A model generated the notes under the pieces. The model made no database searches and was not told the DNA's origin. It saw only the letters and a list, made by a program, of their open reading frames with translations. Both the position numbers and the translations under genes were made by a program. A DNA stretch of 25,283 nt from a virus. Its lineage: Duplodnaviria > Heunggongvirae > Uroviricota > Caudoviricetes. The stretch lies in the IMG/VR virus record IMGVR_UViG_2597490260_000006; one strand, 5' to 3'. Shown piece after piece: positions 20,211 through 25,283 of the stretch (positions are counted from its first letter, which is position 1; the number at the start of each line of letters is the position of its first letter).

Positions 20211-20280
20211 GTGCGAACAACTTTAAGAAAACGCGTTCGATGTCGAACAAAAAACACTCAATTCGACATGCAAAAAACAA
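20211..20280. promoter_or_regulatory. Repeated TCGAAC-containing motifs upstream of the terminase small subunit gene (candidate cosB-type binding sites)
   Basis: Within 100 bp of the Nu1-like start: CGAACAA (20214-20220), near-palindrome GTTCGA-TG-TCGAAC (20235-20248), TCGAACAAAAAAC and TTCGACATGCAAAAAAC. Function as terminase-binding sites is inference. Confidence 0.4.
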
Positions 20281-20344
20281 ATAACCATTAATAATCAATA
20301 AGATGCAAAGATGATGGTGGCCAATAAAAATGCAAAAACTAGCC

Positions 20345-20370
20345 TTTTTCCGCGACGCTCCCGCCCCGTG
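20345..20370. other. Candidate cosN (cohesive end site)
   Basis: Late-strand sequence GGGGCGGGAGCGTCGCGG resembles the recalled lambda left end GGGCGGCGACCTCGCGG (shared GGGCGG and TCGCGG flanks), about 170 bp upstream of the Nu1-like start, comparable to the lambda spacing. Confidence 0.45.
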
Positions 20371-20817
20371 GCAGGCCCCCCCACCGGGAGGACCCGTCAG
20401 CCTGACAGCCATAACGAACGTCTGATACAGCCCTTACATGAATGGCATCGGGATAATCCAGAAAGGAATAGCATCGACCCACAAGAATCTGTGTGAGTGT
20501 CCTGTTTCTTCCACCCCCGCACAGGACTGGCGAGCATGAGGGACAACCCCGCGAACCATAACCGCGCTGATGACAGGACTGGCCCGGCTTGTATTGCTTC
20601 CAGCCTTCGCTTTTGTGGCTTTTGCAATAGCCTGACGGATCTGTGGTGGTATTGCGGTAGCCGCGAACACGGCAGGTTTTTGGGGTTCGTGGGGGCATAT
20701 GTACTCCAATGAAGAAGCCACCAACATAGCCTCCTCCATTCATCGTGAAACTATTTTCATCTACCCAGTAATGAATTCTTTGAAGAGTTGTGATCAATAC
20801 AACTCGCTAATGGAGAG

Positions 20818-20841
20818 GCTTGTCTCACACGTGAGACAAGC
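20818..20841. repeat. 24-bp near-perfect palindrome (11-bp inverted repeat, 2-bp centre)
   Basis: GCTTGTCTCAC-AC-GTGAGACAAGC read directly from the sequence; about 80 bp upstream of the small plus-strand ORF. Confidence 0.9.
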
Positions 20842-20920
20842 TTCCTGTTTGATTTACTGGACAGTATAGGAGGACAGAATGCCTTCCTCACTCGAATAAC
20901 ATCAATTAAGGAGGTTCAAC

Positions 20921-21043
20921 ATGTTTCATTCCACAAGTCATCAGGCTGTAATTATGGCAGCATCAGTTTGTGCCACAGACCTTTTCCGCTTCACTTTGAG
21001 CCTGATTCATTTCTACCTGACCGGCTCGCCTCTATCTTTCTAA
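20921..21043 (+). CDS. Small ORF (40 aa) with strong ribosome-binding site, antisense to the late transcript
   Basis: AAGGAGG 7 nt upstream of the ATG; encodes MFHSTSHQAVIMAASVCATDLFRFTLSLIHFYLTGSPLSF. Below the ORF track size cutoff. No family recognised; coding status is unproven. Confidence 0.4.
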   Translation: MFHSTSHQAVIMAASVCATDLFRFTLSLIHFYLTGSPLSF

Positions 21044-21162
21044 TCCCCGATTAATCCAAATTTCACTGCCATAATGCCGACATTCTCTGCCATTGTTGGC
21101 TCCGTTTATCCGTTAAAAGGGATATCAGTTAAGTTATCCCGTGCAGGGTATAAGCCATTATC

Positions 21163-21192
21163 AAAGCCACTCTGTAGGGAGTGGCTTTTGTA
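21163..21192 (+). terminator. Plus-strand intrinsic terminator-like hairpin
   Basis: AAAGCCACU-CUGUAGGG-AGUGGCUUU followed by UG; about 120 nt downstream of the small plus-strand ORF. Confidence 0.4.
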
Positions 21193-21397
21193 ATGGCAAT
21201 AAAAAGCCCCGCGAATGCGAGGCTAAATCCTGGTATTTGTAATGACTGGCTCTTATCTCAACGCAGCCCCTTACCGCGCGCAAGATGCTCAATATCAAGC
21301 ATCAGCAATGAGATGTTTAATCTGGATTCACTCCAGAAGTGATCACCATCCTGTCTACAGAGCCAGATGTGAAGGATGATGAGTAAAATTATCGCTA

Positions 21398-21880
21398 TCA
21401 TCGAAGGCATTGCGTCCTGATGTATTCCTGAAGCGTTCTCAGTGCTGTTTGGTCGCGGATAATTCCGTCCCGGATACCGAGAACGTTTCGTCCAGCAACT
21501 GGAGAGAGTTCGACGGTGGCATCATTGCCCATGCCGGAGGCGCTGGAGGTTTCGGCTGAGGATGGCACAGGGCATTTTCCTTTGACGAACACCCGACCAC
21601 CATTATCAAGCTTGCGCCGAAGAGCATCATTTTTAGCTTTCGCATCAGCTAACTCCTTCGTGTATTTAGCATCGAGTGCATCAGCAGCACGCTGGCGCTG
21701 CTGCATGTCAGTAATGGTGGCGGTCGCCTGCTTCAGCTCACTGACTTTTTTATCACGCTGTTCTTTATAGGCGATGGCGTTATCACGGTAATGATTGACC
21801 GCCCACGACAGGCAGACGATGATGCAGATAACCAGAGCATAAATAATCGCGGCGACTCTGCTCACTGATCTATCCCCCAA
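21398..21880 (-). CDS. Rz: Rz i-spanin (inner membrane spanin subunit)
   Basis: 160 aa; N-terminal transmembrane segment ([20 protein letters not shown]) followed by a charged coiled-coil-like region; directly downstream of the endolysin gene and containing an embedded lipoprotein ORF. Confidence 0.85.
   Translation of the reverse strand: MGDRSVSRVAAIIYALVICIIVCLSWAVNHYRDNAIAYKEQRDKKVSELKQATATITDMQQRQRAADALDAKYTKELADAKAKNDALRRKLDNGGRVFVKGKCPVPSSAETSSASGMGNDATVELSPVAGRNVLGIRDGIIRDQTALRTLQEYIRTQCLR
21439..21645 (-). CDS. Rz1: Rz1 o-spanin (outer membrane lipoprotein), embedded within Rz in another frame
   Basis: 68 aa; signal peptide with lipobox (LIMVVGCSS) followed by proline-rich mature sequence ([16 protein letters not shown]); entirely inside the Rz coordinates. 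Confidence 0.8.
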   Translation of the reverse strand: MRKLKMMLFGASLIMVVGCSSKENALCHPQPKPPAPPAWAMMPPSNSLQLLDETFSVSGTELSATKQH

Positions 21881-22395
21881 CAGGCTAATGCGCTTTCCTG
21901 GTCACGACGAATAACTTGCCCATAGCAGTTATTTGAACGTATGCGGCAATCGCGCCCACCATCTTTTATCCACCAACGAATCGCCTCACATGCACCCTTA
22001 CGATCACCGGCATTCAGCCGCTTATAAAACGTCGACGGGAAACACTTACCAGGGCCAATGTTATAGGGACAGAATGACGCGATACCGGCTTTCTGTGGCT
22101 CGGTCAGTGGAACTTTTATATTGCGCTCCACCCATGCCAGCGCCTTATCCCGCTCAATGGCGTTAACCTGGGCGCATTTTTCCTTCGACAGTTTCATTCC
22201 CGGAATAACAGGTTTACCGTCCACCATCGTTGCTCCCCGACAGATGGTCCATATGCCGGAGCCATCGCGGTATGCAGTGATGTGATTCCCCTCTTTTTCA
22301 TCCAGAAACTGATCGAGAATGTCAGGCGCGGGCGCACCGACGGCAATCAGTGCCAGAACAGCAGCCGACAGGCTGTATCTGATTTTTACGTTCAT
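21862..22395 (-). CDS. R: SAR endolysin (lysozyme-like, signal-arrest-release type)
   Basis: 177 aa; weakly hydrophobic Ala/Gly-rich N-terminal segment ([16 protein letters not shown]), then a lysozyme-like region ([24 protein letters not shown]); resembles the lysozymes of phage 21 and K-12 cryptic prophages as I recall them. Confidence 0.85.
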   Translation of the reverse strand: MNVKIRYSLSAAVLALIAVGAPAPDILDQFLDEKEGNHITAYRDGSGIWTICRGATMVDGKPVIPGMKLSKEKCAQVNAIERDKALAWVERNIKVPLTEPQKAGIASFCPYNIGPGKCFPSTFYKRLNAGDRKGACEAIRWWIKDGGRDCRIRSNNCYGQVIRRDQESALACWGIDQ

Positions 22396-22458
22396 GGATA
22401 TTTATCAGGATTTATCGGTTTCTGCCCACGGACAGGTTTATCTGTTCCGGTCAGTGAC

Positions 22459-22809
22459 TTAAGGTTGTGATTCCGGAGGAGTCTTCAGAGAACCAGTAAT
22501 TCTTCCCGGTAGCTTTCCTTTGTAGGTTATCCATACATTCTGCGCCTCTAAAATTACGGGGCGCTTTTCCGGCGACTGCTCATCCCCTTCACATAACCCG
22601 GCAGCAACATCCAGGAAGACCTGTCTGATGCTCATTCTGGCTGCTGCCTCATAAAACTCCAGCGCGGCACCTTCAACACGGTCCAGCGAGATGTCCAGGT
22701 CAAAAATTTCACCGTCAAAGCGTTTTTTGTCCCGTAACGCTAAAGTTACCGTAACTTTATTCTCAAAATTGCGGATCCCTTTCACAATCAGTTCATAGTT
22801 TTGAGTCAT
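22459..22809 (-). CDS. Hypothetical protein located between holin and endolysin (possibly related to YdfR-like prophage proteins)
   Basis: 116 aa, tightly packed 4 nt after the holin stop. The family name is from memory of cryptic-prophage gene order and is not verified. Confidence 0.6.
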   Translation of the reverse strand: MTQNYELIVKGIRNFENKVTVTLALRDKKRFDGEIFDLDISLDRVEGAALEFYEAAARMSIRQVFLDVAAGLCEGDEQSPEKRPVILEAQNVWITYKGKLPGRITGSLKTPPESQP

Positions 22810-22813
22810 TGAA

Positions 22814-23029
22814 TTACTCTCCCCGTGCAGCCTTACGCTTGTCTTCTCTGATTTTGAAGTACAGATTTGTCAGATAAGTCAGGAAGCCCAGAACCAGACT
22901 CCCCAGTACACCAATCGCAGCCCACTGTGACGGACTGACCTGATCAAGCCACTGTAAAAACCAGTAGCCAGCACTGCCTGCGGAGGTGCCATAGGCGACA
23001 CCCGTTGTTAACTTATCCATGGATTTCAT
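22814..23029 (-). CDS. S: Class II holin (phage 21 S-type pinholin) with dual-start motif
   Basis: Start trimmed to [71 protein letters not shown] (71 aa), which closely matches the recalled phage 21 S protein. Two ATGs are separated by Lys-Ser (MKSM). GAGGTGGGG RBS upstream. Confidence 0.85.
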   Translation of the reverse strand: MKSMDKLTTGVAYGTSAGSAGYWFLQWLDQVSPSQWAAIGVLGSLVLGFLTYLTNLYFKIREDKRKAARGE

Positions 23030-23068
23030 AACCCCACCTCGCAGATGCGGGTGCTGTGTAATGGAAAT

Positions 23069-23090
23069 AAAAAGGCCACCTGACGTGGCC
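23069..23090 (-). terminator. Intrinsic terminator immediately downstream of the methyltransferase gene and upstream of the holin
   Basis: Minus strand reads GGCCAC-GUCAG-GUGGCC followed by TTTTTATTT, 7 nt after the methyltransferase stop. Confidence 0.55.
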
Positions 23091-23096
23091 ACCAGA

Positions 23097-24149
23097 TTAT
23101 TTCCCCACCAGCTCGTTTATCTCTTTCACTGTCTGGTTAAACCGCTCTGACTCAAGCTCAACACCTAAGGCCCGACGCCCCAGCGCCATTGCTGCTTTTA
23201 TTGTGGAACCGGATCCCATAAAAAAATCAGCAACCAGATCACCAGGTCGACTACTGGCATTGATTATTTGCCTGAGCATATCCGCCGGTTTCTCACACGG
23301 ATGTTTACCCGGGTAGAACTGAACGGGTTTATGCATCCAGACATCGGTATAAGGCACGGAGACTGATACGGAGAAATAGCGCCGGAGAGATTTAAACTCA
23401 TCCAGCAATTCAGAATATTTGCGATTCAGTGAATCATAAGATGCCACCAGCTGGTGGTGTGGTTGTTCCAGTTGTTGTTCCTGAAACTTCTCTGCCGCTA
23501 TACGGGAAAACAGTGCCTGTAACTTCCGATAGTCAGCCTCATTCGGCAACTGCCACTGACTGGCACCAAACCAGTGGGAAACCATATTTTTCTTACCTGT
23601 GGCTTCGGCAATTTGTTTTGCCGTTATACCCAGTTCGGCACGAGCATCCCTGAAATACGATATCAGCGGTGCCATTATGTGCTGTTTGAGTTCCCTTTCT
23701 TTTGCCGCATAGCCGTCACTTTTGCCGCGATATGGCCCCTGGTAATGTTCAGCAAACAGAACGCGCTCTGTGGCAGGAAAATATGCGCGCAGACTTTCTT
23801 TATTACACCCATTCCAACGTCCGGACGGCTTCGCCCAGATGATATGGTTAAGCACGTTGAAACGTTCACGCATCATGATCTCAATATCAGATGCCAGGCG
23901 ATGCCCACAGAACAGGTAAAGGCTTCCGGCAGGTTTTAACACCCGCCAGAACTGGGCCAGACAGTGGTCCAGCCACTTAAGGTAATCTTCGTCCCCTTTC
24001 CACTGATTGTCCCAACCGTTGGGTTTCACCTTGAAGTACGGCGGATCGGTAACAATCAGGTCAATGGAATCATCAGGCAGGGACTGAATAAAATGCAGGC
24101 AATCAGCGTTGATTAAATCAACACTGTTTATTTTTACAGTATTTTTCAT
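23097..24149 (-). CDS. DNA methyltransferase, N6-adenine or N4-cytosine type, beta-class motif order, no adjacent restriction gene
   Basis: 350 aa; DPPY motif near the N-terminus (LIVTDPPYF) and FxGxG AdoMet-binding motif near the C-terminus ([13 protein letters not shown]); a helix-turn-helix-like segment in the middle. No obvious Shine-Dalgarno before the ATG. Confidence 0.85.
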   Translation of the reverse strand: MKNTVKINSVDLINADCLHFIQSLPDDSIDLIVTDPPYFKVKPNGWDNQWKGDEDYLKWLDHCLAQFWRVLKPAGSLYLFCGHRLASDIEIMMRERFNVLNHIIWAKPSGRWNGCNKESLRAYFPATERVLFAEHYQGPYRGKSDGYAAKERELKQHIMAPLISYFRDARAELGITAKQIAEATGKKNMVSHWFGASQWQLPNEADYRKLQALFSRIAAEKFQEQQLEQPHHQLVASYDSLNRKYSELLDEFKSLRRYFSVSVSVPYTDVWMHKPVQFYPGKHPCEKPADMLRQIINASSRPGDLVADFFMGSGSTIKAAMALGRRALGVELESERFNQTVKEINELVGK

Positions 24150-24299
24150 GGATCAGTAAGCGTAACTCTGGTAGGCTCACTCTGCTTTTGCGCTAAAGCA
24201 GTGGGCCGTGGTTCGCTTGTGACCAGTAAGCATGAGCGAATGGCTGGCAGGTGCTACCAACACCCACCAGCCGCCCATTTTCACAGCAGGAAACCGCCA

Positions 24300-24503
24300 T
24301 TACTGGCAGCGTCTGAATTTATTCCCGTATCCGCCGTTATCCTTCGCCAGACCCGCCAGAACTAACTGAGTCAGTATTAACTGGCACCGGGCTTCGCTTA
24401 CTCCGGTAGTTCTCGTCATCATGCGTGGCGTTACCCACTTGTCAGCAGGTAAGAAATGAAGGACTGCGGCGGCGGTTTCTGTCATATCTTGCTGTTTTAG
24501 CAT
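24300..24503 (-). CDS. Small putative DNA-binding protein (winged-helix-like), function unknown
   Basis: Start placed at the second ATG (MLKQQDMTETAAAVLHFLPADKWVTPRMMTRTTGVSEARCQLILTQLVLAGLAKDNGGYGNKFRRCQ, 67 aa), with AGAAGGGA 7 nt upstream. A helix-turn-helix-like segment is my reading, not a database match. Confidence 0.5.
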   Translation of the reverse strand: MLKQQDMTETAAAVLHFLPADKWVTPRMMTRTTGVSEARCQLILTQLVLAGLAKDNGGYGNKFRRCQ

Positions 24504-24625
24504 GTCTTTTTCCCTTCTGGTTAACATGACATACCAATAACTCTTGTCTAAAAAGCCAGCAAGATAAAAGGTCAGTATTCACGACCACCAGCGTGTTTAC
24601 TGTACTGCACCAAGTTTACAGGTAC

Positions 24626-24645
24626 AAAAAAACCGCTCAGCGGCG
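24626..24645 (-). terminator. Weak terminator-like hairpin with seven-T tract
   Basis: Minus strand reads GCCGC-UGA-GCGGU followed by TTTTTTTG; short stem and 3-nt loop, so it is weak. Confidence 0.3.
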
Positions 24646-24711
24646 GGTTTAAGTTGTGTGGCGAAGTAACCACTCTTAACAGCATATTTGATTTTTTACG
24701 ATTGTAAACGG

Positions 24712-24739
24712 TTGATTATTCATCTCCAATAAAAATAAT
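24712..24739 (+). promoter_or_regulatory. Sigma-70-like promoter for the lipoprotein gene
   Basis: TTGATT (24712-24717), 16-nt spacer, AATAAT (24734-24739); the ATG is about 35 nt downstream. Confidence 0.5.
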
Positions 24740-24773
24740 TGTGTAGGTATGCCCTTAACAATGGATAAGAAAC

Positions 24774-25220
24774 ATGAATAAAATGACTGTACTATTACTT
24801 AGCGCAACTATCATTTCAGGTTGTACTTCTTCCGTACCATTGATAAAAAAAACTCAATCAGGAAAACCTGAGGGGGTTTATCAAAATACGACAAAAGATA
24901 AAGTCAAAGATGCCCTTGTGAATTACTGCAATAGTAGAGGGTTGATAATTTACAACGCTGATAACAGCAGTGTTATATGTGGTAAAGAACTGGAAGGCGG
25001 GTCTGCTGTTTTTGGACAAATGTTAATCGGCAATGCCTATTCAACAACCCCGGTATCAAAAGTCAGATTTACTATCGCTCAAGTTAATAACGATACAAAA
25101 GTGTGGGCCGATATGTGGATGGAAACTCAAATGGCAATGGGGCAAGTACAACAAATGGCTATAACAGACAACGCAAGCAAAAACACTATCCAACAACGTC
25201 TTGATGAATTAAAACCTTAA
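24774..25220 (+). CDS. Putative lipoprotein of unknown function (AT-rich accessory gene)
   Basis: 148 aa; signal peptide with lipobox (LLLSATIISGCTSS); gene is visibly AT-rich relative to the flanking phage genes; opposite orientation to the late operon. Confidence 0.75.
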   Translation: MNKMTVLLLSATIISGCTSSVPLIKKTQSGKPEGVYQNTTKDKVKDALVNYCNSRGLIIYNADNSSVICGKELEGGSAVFGQMLIGNAYSTTPVSKVRFTIAQVNNDTKVWADMWMETQMAMGQVQQMAITDNASKNTIQQRLDELKP

Positions 25221-25240
25221 GTAAATTAATTAAATAAAAT

Positions 25241-25264
25241 GGGGAGAATAAATCGACTCCCCAC
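25241..25264. terminator. Hairpin downstream of the lipoprotein gene
   Basis: UGGGGAG-AAUAAAUCGA-CUCCCCA; the T-rich tract lies on the minus-strand side, so it may terminate a minus-strand transcript entering from beyond the window. Confidence 0.3.
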
Positions 25265-25283
25265 ACATTAAACTGATTCAATT

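Noticed and set aside
20170-20412. 80-aa minus-strand ORF overlapping the Nu1-like start and the candidate cos site
   Set aside because: Overlaps the terminase small subunit start and the cos-proximal repeats in another frame; no RBS.
20339-20797. Minus-strand ORFs of 152, 101 and 76 aa between cos and the palindrome
   Set aside because: All three frames are open over the same GC-rich stretch; the longest begins with TTG and has no RBS; translations are Gly/Arg/Pro-rich with no recognisable fold. I treat the region as non-coding, though a short real gene cannot be excluded.
21290-21421. Tiny plus-strand ORFs near the Rz stop (for example a 14-codon [14 protein letters not shown])
   Set aside because: Too short and without supporting context; likely chance ORFs in the Rz 3' region.
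24150-24299. Possible tRNA or small RNA between the methyltransferase and the 67-aa ORF
   Set aside because: Some lambdoid prophages carry tRNA genes near the late promoter, but I could not find a T-loop motif or a cloverleaf here; only short weak hairpins.
1-25283. CRISPR arrays, rRNA, insertion sequences, integrase or attachment sites
   Set aside because: No regularly spaced direct repeats, no transposase or integrase-like ORFs and no terminal inverted repeats seen; the window appears to lie wholly inside the prophage late region, so the boundaries are not visible.

Overview
This window is the late (lysis and morphogenesis) region of a lambdoid prophage of an enterobacterial (E. coli-like) host. 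Almost every gene is on the minus strand, so the operon reads right to left. The order is: small winged-helix-like ORF, orphan DNA methyltransferase, intrinsic terminator, phage-21-type lysis cassette (pinholin, an extra small gene, SAR endolysin, Rz with embedded Rz1), about 1.2 kb of mostly non-coding DNA holding a candidate cos site, terminase small and large subunits, gpW-like protein, portal, a fused prohead protease-scaffold-major capsid ORF, two head completion genes, then a lambda-like tail module (Z, U, V, G/GT frameshift, H, M, L, K, I, J), lom, and the 5' part of stf running off the left edge across a 10-N assembly gap. The tail genes match phage lambda closely by recalled sequence, whereas the head and terminase genes belong to a different lineage, so the element is mosaic. 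Things not explained by the standard layout are an orphan beta-class methyltransferase with a small upstream DNA-binding-like ORF, a 40-codon plus-strand ORF antisense to the late transcript near cos, a 24-bp palindrome, an AT-rich lipoprotein gene with its own promoter at the right edge, and a J protein with a divergent C-terminal portion. I see no CRISPR array, tRNA or rRNA. All calls rest on reading the supplied translations and sequence and on recalled protein families; no database search was run.
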